64,000 bases of DNA. It comes from Gordius albopunctatus (taxonomy: Eukaryota). Position numbers and translations under genes: made by a program. The stretch spans positions 4,464,001 to 4,528,000 of the forward strand of contig OZ193910.1 of the NCBI GenBank assembly GCA_964276515.1. Direction: 5' to 3'. A model generated the notes under the pieces. The model searched no databases, was not told the origin of the DNA, and was given only the letters and a program-made list of their open reading frames with translations. Position 1 is the stretch's first letter; every line of letters begins with the position of its first letter. Of this stretch, positions 39,353 through 52,307 are shown one piece after another.

Positions 39353-40329
39353 CTTTAAATATTAATAATAATCTATGCAGTATGGTCCCTTTTATAAGGA
39401 TAAAAATATCCTTGACTTTGAAATTATTTCTTGATTGTGTGCGACGTTATGACCTTAAATTAAATGGAGTAATTTGATCTGGCTTTCATTAACCACATAT
39501 CAAGGTCATTTTAGTTTTGGTCTTTGTAATGGGTGTGAACCATCAACATAATTCTAAAAGGATCTTCAAACTTATATATGCTTAAATATCAAAAATTCAT
39601 ATTTGTAATGAAGCGCCATTTGAAGTAAATTGTAAGACTTAAGCAGACACATGCTTTATAACAAGTAATATGATATTAAATACCGCCCGGACAATAATCA
39701 GATATGTACGGGCCTCGATGTTGGCTAGTCATTTTATATTTTGATAAGCAGGAGTTATATTTATAGTTTAGCCCTTTAATGATTTCTCTTATTAGCTTTG
39801 AATCCGTCAGGTTTCGCATGCAAATGTCTTTCGGAGGTATGTTATTTAGTGTATCTCACGGAACAATATAAATATGGTAATAACCCTCATCACAGTTATG
39901 CCAGCCTTTTTTCGTCATTTTCCATCTGTTAAATATGTTGTGCTAGTCAACTCAATGTTCAAATTCATTTAAATAATAATTAAAGACTAAGCCAAAAATT
40001 GCTTAGGCCGCATATCTAGTGTTGTTCGAGCGAACAAAGGCTGAATCACAAGAACAAGAGCAATTTGAATGTTTTAGCTGTAATCTATTTTAGTAATATT
40101 TCATGCATACGTTAAACAGTAATAGCCCTTGGTAATTTGGTCTATAAATTATATTACACCTGACGGTCTCCCTTCACTACTCATTTGTCACTACGATCTT
40201 TTTAAAGTTCAGATAAAATTGCTGATTTCAATATTTAAAGCGAGGGGCTTCTGAACCTCGCCAAATTGAGTATTAGGATGAAGAACGGCTTAGCTCAAAA
40301 TACATATTTTGTGAAGATGGATAAAATAA

Positions 40330-41030
40330 ATAAAAAGTTAAATATTATTCCGTATGGCTCTTTCTTGAATTAGATTTACAAATAGTAAAGCCGATTTTCT
40401 GTCTTATAATAAAAGGTTCGCAATTATCATGGGATAGCAAAGAAAATTGCTTGTCTATTTTTAAAATATTTTTTAGAACTCGGGGGCCAAAGGTTGTGAG
40501 AGTGGTTGTCGAAATGGGACAAATTTAGTATTGTTAAGTTTCGAGTATTTTGAAATTTTTAGAGCCTCGGCTAAAGAGAGGATCCTTTGGTTTGATTAGA
40601 TAGGCAAATCAGTCGGTACATGTATAGTCCGAACCCCACGCTGAACAGAGTCACTTTTCCCAAGCAGCTAGAGTTTGACCATCGGGACTTATATTATCTT
40701 CACAGAGGCCTGTGGGTTCGAGAATGGAAACCATCTTGGGTTAAATACTAATGTATAAGTTTGTTAACCGCGGTATGGCGAAGGTATCGGGCTTTATTAC
40801 GATTGCATTGAGTGAAGGCTATGATGGCCATCATATTTCACAGAATTATTGCAAAGTGAACAAGTGTGTTCAGCAAGAGATGCGGAATTAGTTGTCTAAT
40901 AAGAGTGAACTGAGATCACGGCTTGGAAAAGCTTCGGGTCATTTATAACCCGAACGTAAAGCTAAGCTCCTAAGCGCCGGAAGTTCCTCTGCCGAAGGGC
41001 CATTAATGAGAGATTAAAAGGCACTCGGAC
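40330..41030 (-). mobile_element. Degraded CRE-like RLE non-LTR 3' fragment (duplicated at ~49799-50499)
   Basis: Frameshifted HTCSLCNNSVKYDGHH..RYLRHTAVNKLI..EPTGL..SPDGQTLAAW..DYTCTD..EALKISKYS..KFVPF, parallel to 20520-20950. Confidence 0.7.
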
Positions 41031-41866
41031 AGGGAAATATTAACATATATAAGTCCCTCTAATTTATATTATTATGAACTTGGTTTTAATTAAATCTTGT
41101 TCATTCGACATCTTATTTAACAAAGAATTGTGTCTAGAAAATAACATTGTAAAATGATAAGTTAATATTGTACATATTTTAAGGAACATTTATGGCTTTA
41201 AAACTTGTAAAAGGATGAATTTTAAATAAAATTTATTTATGGTTAAATATATTAAAACAAAGTAATATTATCGCGTCTACAATAATATAAGTTATTGTTG
41301 TAAAATGGGCTGGTTTTTGTTTGGTCGACCTTTGGTTTTAGTCGACTAATCATAAACAAACTAAATATTTCTTGTCTGTTTTAGTAAAGGTTTTTAGGTC
41401 AAACCTTTGGGTTGTTTATATTATGTCGACTAAAATCCAGCCTTTTTTACAACACTAATCTAAATATACAGGTATTGCATATTGCCATTACTGGTTGAAT
41501 AAAAAGATCTTATTTAATGTATTTTTTTAAAATAAGATGGTATTTATTATATATTGAAATTTTCCAACTATTTGATTTTGCTTGATTTGTCTTTTTAATA
41601 ACTATCTTAAATATCTACTTTATTTTGTATCTGCTCACAACTTTAATTATTTCCTAAAACCAAATACGACGAAATTTCAATTAACTTTAAACCCAGGAAA
41701 AAACTAACGATCTATTATCAAGGCCTTTCAACAAGTGTACTCCAATTTCATGTTTAACATTGAACCTTAGAGTCAATAACTCTCAAACATTGTATCTCAA
41801 AATAGTATCATTTGTCCAAATGTATCATTCTTCACAACCTAATTTTTCAATAAGGTATCTTTGCAG

Positions 41867-42815
41867 ATGAAATTTACCATGTTTGCCTGTCTGTATATTC
41901 TTGGATTAGTTGCTGGATTAAATGGTAAGCCCTAATTTTTTTGTGTTTAATATTATATATATATAAAAGGAATTTCTATCAAGCCAACTAATAAAAGTGA
42001 GCAAGTTTTTAAATTAACTTCTAAGCAATTTTTTATTATTGTATCCTCTTTCATTGCATTTACTCTTCAGTAACGGCTAAACGAGGTAAATGTCATATAA
42101 ATTATAAGCGCTTTTATCTTCCTTTAGCTATTGAAACAAATGATTTTATGCTTGTTCTTAATCCCTAGGTTACTATTTTCCCTATTATCCACATTTTCCC
42201 CCTACGTCATCTACATCAAGTATTTAATATCAATATTTAATTACAAATTACGAAAAAAATTAACTGCAATTTTGTTTATGCACAGGCAGTTTGACTAGCG
42301 ATAGCTCCAATTGTGCGAACATTACTTGTCCACAACTAAGTCTAATCTTTACTCTCCCAAATGGTTGTATACGGTGTAAGAATGAGAAGCATTTCTTTCT
42401 TATTTCTTTCCCTATATAGTATAATAAAATCTTAATGAATTCGTAGATTTTGCTCCAGGACAGAGGATCAACATAATTTTTGATTTTACAATAATATAAA
42501 AGTTAGAATACACTTTTGAATAAAAGAGTTCCTTTTTAAAAATTTATTTTTCGATCTTAATTAAATGATAAACTATAATTTAAATGGGGCTATTACATGG
42601 CATTAGGTATAAAAACCAATGTTGATTTAAAAGGATGAAATAGTTCGAATGTTCTGGAATTAAGATAAAATGTACTATGAATCAATCTACGGTGAAGAAT
42701 ATATAATTTATTGTAAATAAAAATATATAATGTTTGCTATGGCGTTAGTTTGTATATAATATTTAATTCTGTGTAATTACTTTAGATTTAAACTTATTAC
42801 TTTATTAGGTCAACA
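41867..42815 (+). pseudogene. Micro-exon peptide gene A, copy 2
   Basis: Same exons as copy 1; the 26-nt exon has G>A at its first base and its donor is GT>AT; last exon truncated by RTE. Confidence 0.6.
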
Positions 42816-45800
42816 TATGCAGCAGGAAAGAATTCAAATATCTTGGTTCTAGGGTACAATGTGATGGAGGTGTGGAAAACGAAATTAAGGTAAGAATAAA
42901 CGCAGGCTGGCTAAAATTCAGGGAGTTGAGTGGTGTCCTATGTGACAAGCACATACCACTCAAATTGAAAGGGCGATTATATAACACCGTTATTGTACCC
43001 ACGGTATTGTATAGAGCGGAAACCTAGGCAATTAGGCGAAAAGAGGAGCAAAGCTTGGCTACAATCGAGATGCGAATGTTAAGATGGATCTTGGGAATAA
43101 GCAAAAAGGACCATATAAGGAATCAAGACATAAGGGATAAACTAAATGTAGTTCCAATTCATAGAAAGTTGGTGGTAAGAAGATTGAGATGGTATGGCCA
43201 TTTGGAGAGACGGGAGGAAAGTCACTTGGCAAACCGTATCAAGAAAGTGCAAGAACGTAAGCGAAAGAGAGAGAGACCTAAACTGACATGGAAGCATAAA
43301 ATAGATATGGACTTGAGAAGTTACGAGCTAAAGCGAAGCTGGTGTATAGTGTTGCGATCTCGTCTCGGTCTCGAAAACAAAATCTCATCTCGTTTCGGGA
43401 GCGATTATGAAAATCTCGATTACATCTCGGTCTAGAAAAATCTCGGTTTCGTCTCGAATTTTTTTTTAAAAATATATACGGAATAAAAATCTCTGTTGTT
43501 TTATTAAAAATATTAAATAAGTGTTAAAAATCCAAATGGCAAACTTCTATATTTTTAAAAAAACTTTTAAGATTTAGCGGGACACGACATCTCCTTCACA
43601 ATATAAAGATATTAATTAATTCATAAAGAAAATATTTCTATGGAAAGTGCAAACTAAAAATAAATTTGAAGTATAGAAAATTAAATTTTATTGTTCTAGC
43701 AAACTATAACATTTGTATCAAATTCACTTTGTTTGTCAACTCTAAATAGACTGAGAAAATTATAAGTTCGCTTATAGTTGACTTAGTTGCACAATTCAGC
43801 AAATTTAGACCCGTTATTAACCCTGGCTAAAGCTTCAAAGTCCTTACCATATTTAAAGCAACGTTTAAGTCCATTGATATTACCATCATCAATTATAGCC
43901 CATAGTGTTTATTGCATGTTCACTATAACGTTACAAACCACAAAGTGCGAGCGATAAACTAGTTGTAAATTTATAAAAACAACAAAAAAAGCAGCATTAT
44001 ATAGGATTAAGAACATAAGGTTTTAAACCTTAAATTAAAGTGCACGTATTTAAATTTGTGGCAAAAATCATTATAATCAAATTTATATTCCAAATAATTA
44101 CCTTCCAATCCTAACTAACTTTGCCATTAAATAGTTATTTATCGAATACAATGAATATGTTCGTGTATTTATTTTATATTGCAAAATTATAGAAATTATA
44201 GTAAATTTGAATGCACCTGCCAACCTAGCTTGTAATTTGAAAAGTAATGCGTATGACAAAACACTGTATTCACGTAATGTCTTATTAAGGTTCAAATTTA
44301 TAATTACCGCATCATGCAGGATGAGTAACTGCGAAATTCAAATATGTTTTAGTAATATTTACTATTCTACCACAACTCATTCTAAGCTTAAACTTTTGTA
44401 ATATTTAATAATGCTATGGATATAAATATGTGATAAATATATTATACAATTATTCACATACACTAAAAGTCAACCATACTTAGGTAATGATTGCAAAATT
44501 TTTAATTGTTTGCAAAATATATATAATATTTACAACATTTCGGAATTTTTTTAATATCAAATATATTCCATTATATATTGATTTACACTTAATACCTGTA
44601 AATAAGAAAGATAAAATAAAATACGATTAATTGTTACTTATATTTAAATTATTATTATTTCAAGGGTTACGTTACTATTATCTTTTAGTCTTACCTTATT
44701 TTTCCATTTAATTATAATCGTCTTTAGAATGTTTAGAACTATTTAGAAATCCAATTTATATCATTTATTCATGACTCATATTTAACTGGCATCCCAATAG
44801 AATTGCTACGCGATATGATAATTATGAGAACAAAGGAACACGGAGGGAGATATGATGTTGGGAGGCACGTGATTACAACATGGAAACACTCGTATGTATT
44901 ACTACGCTTCTAACAAAGCGATGCGAGAGAGATGATGAGGGGAATACTCGTGTTAGCATATCAATGCAATAAATCGAGGAGATAGATGAGGGGGGGATAC
45001 GCGTTTGAGGCATCTGTAGTATGCAACTACAACAATACCTTAAATGTCAATCATGCAAATCAAAAGACACAATAATTTAATAAAATCTAACGATGAATAA
45101 AAAGTTGAGATCTCGCCGAAAAAATCTCGTATCGTCTCGTCTCAACATCAAAATTCTCGTCTCGATCTCGACTCCATCTTTGAAATTCTCGTCTCGGTCG
45201 AGACCGAAATTTTTCTCGGTTTTTCCGCATCACTACTGGTATAAGTGCAGGAATACATGGAGAACCTACTGATGAAGGTTGTTTCGTTGTGGTTTGACCT
45301 GTTGTAGGTGGTGCAACAGTAGCCCCATTACCACCTGAACACCTAGTGGATATTGCATTATGCACTTTTGTCAGTAATGAAGCTTGGGGATCCATTACTT
45401 GAAGGAGCTGACCACTAAATGTGACAAACAGCTATAGGAAAAAAAATGTTATAGAACTCGACTAACCCCGCGTTCGTGATGACGCGCGAATTGCTAATTA
45501 ATTCGCACGAAAATAACAAATGTATTAATTAAATAGAAGGCGTTCATAGTAAAATCGTAGACGATTATTTTCGTACGCGGCAAAAAGCGAACAAAATAAG
45601 ATACAACTCATTTTGTATTTTTCGCGCGATGGTGGAAAATGTGAATTATGTTATGTATTTTATATATAATTTTATATGTTTATAGCATAATTACGATCTG
45701 ATCAATGATATATGATAAATTCAATGAAGAATATAAGGATATTTAAAAATAAATGAAGAGTTGATAAATTAGCCGAAAAATATTTGCTCTTATGCTAATT

Positions 45801-48162
45801 AGTTTAGGTGAAGATATAAAATTAAGATGGAAGAATCTTAGAGATACATACATTAAAGAGTTGAATAAGGCCAAAGATCTTAAGAGTGGAAGTGGCTTGA
45901 CCACATCTTATTGGCCTTACTAGATGATTCAATATTGTTTGGAGAAGATCTATCAATTAACCCAGATAGCATGTATTCTGATGCTTCAACTACTAATAAG
46001 GAAAATGGTAAATTGATAAAGCTTATATTAATTAATATTCATATAGAACCTCCAACTCCAAATTAAAAAGAAAAGGAAGAAAAGTTCAGAAAACAATGTA
46101 GATATTTTATTATATTTGTAACATATGTACAACCAATAAAATAAATATGATATGTAAAAGATTTAGAAACAGCAAATTGAATATATATTATATATAAAAA
46201 TCTAAGGCAGTATAGAAATCTTGAGCTATCTTTTCAAAATCTTCCAAAGATGGAGATTTCAAATTTATGGGTTGAAAAATGGAGTATATTGCAATACATG
46301 CTTCAATCAAAATATGATGTATAGTTGATATTCCTATCTTATGTGAATAGCTTATTGATGGATAAGAATTTTCACAAGCCAAATATCTAAATTAAGATGT
46401 GTTGATAATGCTTACCTGTAAGTTATCATTAATTTTTCTTCAGGTGAAATGGAATATGCATAGTTTCGTCTCTGTGATTTTATCTTGGTAGTTATTTTGT
46501 CTAATATATAATAAAAAATTTCCTAAAAACTAATTAATTCATTATTTTACCTTGCTCATCCTAAAATAATTGAAGAATTTCACTGGATAGTTCACTAATT
46601 TTTCTATTACCCTATTATAAATATAAGTGTTTTGATTTTAACGTGGGGTGAAACCATGTTATAAGTGAATTAAATCGCACGCATCATGAACAACTATCGC
46701 CTGCGAATTGCTTAAACAATTTCGCGAAACAAAATTCGCTTCGCTTTTTTTCGCTTTGCGCGTCATCACGAGCGCGGGGTAAAACACACACAACACAATA
46801 TAGTGTCACACAAGGGAGTAGCGAGGGGGAGGCAAGAAAGGGCGGCTGCCCCCCGTCTAAATTAAGAAATTCTTTAAATTTTAATATATTTATGGCCAAA
46901 ATTACTGAAAATTGTCATTTTGCCCACGAAATCATAATTGATCATATTTTTAAATTTAAAAATAGTTTATTAAAAGCAATTTTTTATGATATAGGCTTTG
47001 TCTCCTATCAAAATCAAATAATCATTAAATTCCGGGTGTTTTATGTGCAAAAATGTCAAACGTATTCAAATTAATAAATCGCATAAAATTTTACTGAGGA
47101 ACTTTAAAAGTAACTTTTGCTTAAGATTTGTAATTGAAACTTTATTCTAATATGTTAACTTTTCTAATTTTCCCATGCGCGAAGTCTGGTGGGGCTCAAG
47201 AGACCCTTTTGGGTTGGTAGGAGGTTGATTGAATCTGGTTCTGGTATCAGGTGCATTTAGGCTAGTATGGGACTGACTTTAAGTTATTTGAGTCATTATG
47301 AGGTTAAAATTAACACACACCGTAACTAAGCAATAATAGCTATAAATCCACCAAAATAACTGCAACTAAATTAGACAAAAAATCTAAAATAAAATTAAAA
47401 AAATTTACAAACATTTGTATAAACAAAAGAGATGCATATATCTAAATGATTTTCATGAGGGGGGGGGGTGAAATCTGGCATAATAAAATATATCGTGAAA
47501 ATAATGATGTTAAAAGTAATATAATCACTAATACATTTTTTAATGTGATATACTGTTTTAACAGAATTGAAGATTACTTTTTGAAATTCTTATACTCCCC
47601 CACACCTTAGGAAAACGTGATCTCACGACTATTATCAATGCTATGTAATAAGTACGCAGCCCCGTTTTCCTGTCCTAGGAAAATTAACTTGAAGTGCAAT
47701 CCAGAATTTTACTCCAAAGTTTGAAGCCTAACACAAACAAACAGGCGAGTTTTAAGGATGGAGCCACTGGCGAGGTCTTAGAAGCGAGTTTTATTTATTC
47801 ATACCCAGGTCAAGCCACCATGATTATCAATGCGATATTTATTAAATAAATGAAATATTTGTTAAAAATTAAAAAGTGGTTGAGTTTGAAATTATAGTCA
47901 AAATATGTGAAAGAATTTCCCAATATTACTATTATAGAACTGCATTCACCTATACATCATATTGCTTTTCAAAACAACGGTGATCACAATTTATTGATAT
48001 ATAATAAGACATCACATCACTATTGTTGAATTTAGTAAGTTCATTTTATAGCACATTGCGGAGTATACACGTGAAATGTGAACAATAAATACATAAATTG
48101 TTAAATACATTATACGTAAATTTAATAGCGTTTAAAGTTTGCTAGAGAAAATATGTTGCTTC

Positions 48163-48821
48163 TTAGCATTGTGTGCACCCATCAGGGAGTATAAAGACCG
48201 CTCTGCCTGGTGGACAAAAAATGTTGGCACAATTATAACGCGCTACCGTGGTATCGCTACCTATGAAAACATAATTAATATAGTTTAAATAGTTGTAACG
48301 TCGTAAGTATACAATTAGAGTTAGTATTGATAAAATATTACTAGTTGTTGTACCGGGCGCGGTTGTTGCCACCGAGTTTTGAAAGATGTAATTATAATAA
48401 CCTTTAAATAATCAAATTAAAATGATTATACGCTATGATTTGAAAGAAGTTGATTAATCAAACAATAAATTAAAAATCTTCTAAAATATTAAAGAGATTA
48501 TATAAACTTTTAAAATGTAACGTTTGATTTATTATTTATTAAAAAAGTTCAAGCATTTAGACAAACTATCACATTGGCTTTTATCTAAGAACACTTAAAA
48601 ATCTAATTAATGTTATTATTACCTCTCTTTGCCGCATCTAAAATAGTCAATATTTAGAGAATTTAGAACGTTATAATCTAATTGAATAACATATTAGATA
48701 CTTTCTTTTGGTCCTTTAAGTGCCAAACCTAAATAAATGAATGTTGACTTGCGATAATTTATGGATTCTTACCATTCAGTCCAACTAACAACATGAAGAC
48801 GATATATATTGTGTAAAACAT
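48163..48821 (-). CDS. Micro-exon peptide gene B, copy 2 (best preserved)
   Basis: Exons 48821-48773, 48728-48702 (27 nt), 48637-48623 (15), 48584-48567 (18), 48401-48342 (60), 48260-48163. All introns GT-AG, phase 1. Signal peptide, KR site, Cys motif. Confidence 0.65.
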
Positions 48822-51335
48822 CTTTAAATATTAATAATAATCTATGCAGTATGGTCCCTTTTATAAGGATAAAAATATCCTTGACTTTGAAATTATTTCT
48901 TGATTGTGTGCGACGTTATGACCTTAAATTAAATGGAGTAATTTGATCTGGCTTTCATTAACCACATATCAAGGTCATTTTAGTTTTGGTCTTTGTAATG
49001 GGTGTGAACCATCACCATAATTCTAAAAGGATCTTCAAACTTATATATGCTTAAATATCAAAAATTCATATTTGTAATGAAGCGCCATTTGAAGTAAATT
49101 GTAAGACTTAAGCAGACACATGCTTTATAACAAGTAATATGATATTAAATACCGCCCGGACAATAATCAGATATGTCCGGGCCTCGATGTTGGCTAGTCA
49201 TTTTATATTTTGATAACCAGGAGTTATATTTATAGTTTAGCCCTTTAATGATTTCTCTTATTAGCTTTGAATCCGTCAGGTTTCGCATGCAAATGTCTTT
49301 CGGAGGTATGTTATTTAGTGTATCTCACGGAACAATATAAATATGGTAATAACCCTCATCACAGTTATGCCAGCCTTTTTTCGTCATTTTCCATCTGTTA
49401 AATATGTTGTGCTAGTCAACTCAATGTTCAAATTCATTTAAATAATAATTAAAGACTAAGCCAAAAATTGCTTAGGCCGCATATCTAGTGTTGTTCGAGC
49501 GAACAAAGGCTGAATCACAAGAACAAGAGCAATTTGAATGTTTTAGCTGTAATCTATTTTAGTAATATTTCATGCATACGTTAAACAGTAATAGCCCTTG
49601 GTAATTTGGTCTATAAATTATATTACACCTGACGGTCTCCCTTCACTACTCATTTGTCACTACGATCTTTTTAAAGTTCAGATAAAATTGCTGATTTCAA
49701 TATTTAAAGCGAGGGGCTTCTGAACCTCGCCAAATTGAGTATTAGGATGAAGAACGGCTTAGCTCAAAATACATATTTTGTGAAGATGGATAAAATAAAT
49801 AAAAAGTTAAATATTATTCCGTATCGCTCTTTCTTGAATTAGATTTACAAATAGTAAAGCCGATTTTCTGTCTTATAATAAAAGGTTAGCAATTATCATG
49901 GGATAGCAAAGAAAATTGCTTGTCTATTTTTAAAATATTTTTTAGAACTCGGGGGCCAAAGGTTGTGAGAGTGGTTGTCGAAATGGGACAAATTTAGTAT
50001 TGTTAAGTTTCGAGTATTTTGAAATTTTTAGAGCCTCGGCTAAAGAGAGGATCCTTTGGTTTGATTAGATAGGCAAATCAGTCGGTACATGTATAGTCCC
50101 AACCCCAAGCTGAACAGAGTCACTTTTCCCAAGCAGCTAGAGTTTGACCATCGGGACTTATATTATCTTCACAGAGGCCTGTGGGTTCGAGAATGGAAAC
50201 CATCTTGGGTTAAATACTAATGTATAAGTTTGTTAACCGCGGTATGGCGAAGGTATCGGGCTTTATTACGATTGCATTGAGTGAAGGTTATGATGGCCAT
50301 CATATTTAACAGAATTATTGCAAAGTGAACAAGTGTGTTCAGCAAGAGATGCGGAATTAGTTGTCTAATAAGAGTGAACTGAGATCACGGCTTGGAAAAG
50401 CTTCGGGTCATTTATAACCCGAACGTAAAGCTAAGCTCCTAAGCGCCGGAAGTTCCTCTGCCGAAGCGCCATTAATGAGAGATTAAAAGGCACTCGGACA
50501 GGGAAATATTAACATATATAAGTCCCTCTAATTTATATTATTATGAACTTGGTTTTAATTAAATCTTGTTCATTCGACATCTTATTTAACAAAGAATTGT
50601 GTCTAGAAAATAACATTGTAAAATGATAAGTTAATATTGTACATATTTTAAGGAACATTTATGGCTTTAAAACTTGTAAAAGGATGAATTTTAAATAAAA
50701 TTTATTTTTGGTTAAATATATTAAAACAAAGTAATATTATCGCGTCTACAATAATATAAGTTATTGTTGTAAAATGGGCTGGTTTTTGTTTGGTCGACCT
50801 TTGGTTTTAGTCGACTAATCATAAACAAACTAAATATTTCTTGTCTGTTTTAGTAAAGGTTTTTAGGTCAAACCTTTGGGTTGTTTATATTATGTCGACT
50901 AAAATCCAGCCTTTTTTACAACACTAATCTAAATATACAGGTATTGCATATTGCCATTACTGGTTGAATAAAAAGATCTTATTTAATGTATTTTTTTAAA
51001 ATAAGATGGTATTTATTATATATTGAAATTTTCCAACTATTTGATTTTGCTTGATTTGTCTTTTTAATAACTATCTTAAATATCTACTTTATTTTGTATC
51101 TGCTCACAACTTTAATTATTTCCTAAAACCAAATACGACGAAATTTCAATTAACTTTAAACCCAGGAAAAAACTAACGATCTATTATCAAGGCCTTTCAA
51201 CAAGTGTACTCCAATTTCATGTTTAACATTGAACCTTAGAGTCAATAACTCTCAAACATTGTATCTCAAAATAGTATCATTTGTCCAAATGTATCATTCT
51301 TCACAACCTAATTTTTCAATAAGGTATCTTTGCAG

Positions 51336-52307
51336 ATGAAATTTACCATGTTTGCCTGTCTGTATATTCTTGGATTAGTTGCTGGATTAAATGGTAAGCC
51401 CTAATTTTTTTGTGTTTAATATTATATATATATAAAAGGAATTTCTATCAAGCCAACTAATAAAAGTGAGCAAGTTTTTAAATTAACTTCTAAGCAATTT
51501 TTTATTATTGTATCCTCATTCATTGCATTTACTCTTCAGTAACGGCTAAACGAGGTAAATGTCATATAAATTATAAGCGCTTTTATCTTCCTTTAGCTAT
51601 TGAAACAAATGATTTTATGCTTGTTCTTAATCCCTAGGTTACTATTTTCCCTATTATCCACATTTTCCCCCTACGTCATCTACATCAAGTATTTAATATC
51701 AATATTTAATTACAAATTACGAAAAAAAATAACTGCAATTTTGTTTATGCACAGGCAGTTTGACTAGCGATAGCTCCAATTGTGCGAACATTACTTGTCC
51801 ACAACTAAGTCTAATCTTTACTCTCCCAAATGGTTGTATACGGTGTAAGAATGAGAAGCATTTCTTTCTTATTTCTTTCCCTATATAGTATAATATAATC
51901 TTAATGAATTCGTAGGTTTTGCTCCAGGACAGAGGATCAACGTAATTTTTGATTTTACAATAATATAAAAGTTAGAATACACTTTTGAATAAAAGAGTTC
52001 CTTTTTAAAAATTTATTTTTCGATCTTAATTAAATGATAAAATATAATTTAAATGGGGCTATTACATGGCATTATGTATAAAAACCAATGTTGATTTAAA
52101 AGGATGAAATAGTTCGAATGTTCTGGAATTAAGATAAAATGTACTATGAATCAATCTACGGTGAAGAATATATAATTTATTGTAAAAGAAAATATATAAT
52201 GTTTGCTAGGTCGTTAGTTTGTATATAATATTTAATTCTGTGTAATTACTTTAGATTTAAACTTATTACTTTATTAGGTCAACAAGGAAATAGCAGACAA
52301 GGAATGA
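51336..52307 (+). CDS. Micro-exon peptide gene A, copy 3 (probable original, with terminal exon)
   Basis: Exons 51336-51393, 51439-51465, 51540-51554, 51638-51688, 51755-51844, 51916-51941, and a probable last exon from 52278 (VNKEIADKE* if phase 0; frame uncertain). AATAAA near 52375. Confidence 0.65.

Larger units (their letters stand above)
31600..52284 (+). repeat. Tandem segmental amplification: units 31600-41120 and 41121-50589, plus partial third unit 50590-52284
   Basis: Each unit starts caaagaattgtgtctagaaaa; periods 9521 and 9469 bp; near-identical apart from scattered SNPs and a few indels. Confidence 0.97.

Noticed and set aside
39690..41030. Possible mitochondrial or bacterial insertion
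   Set aside because: The right part translates as a decayed CRE-like endonuclease region; the left part is too degraded to call and shows no rRNA or cox motifs.
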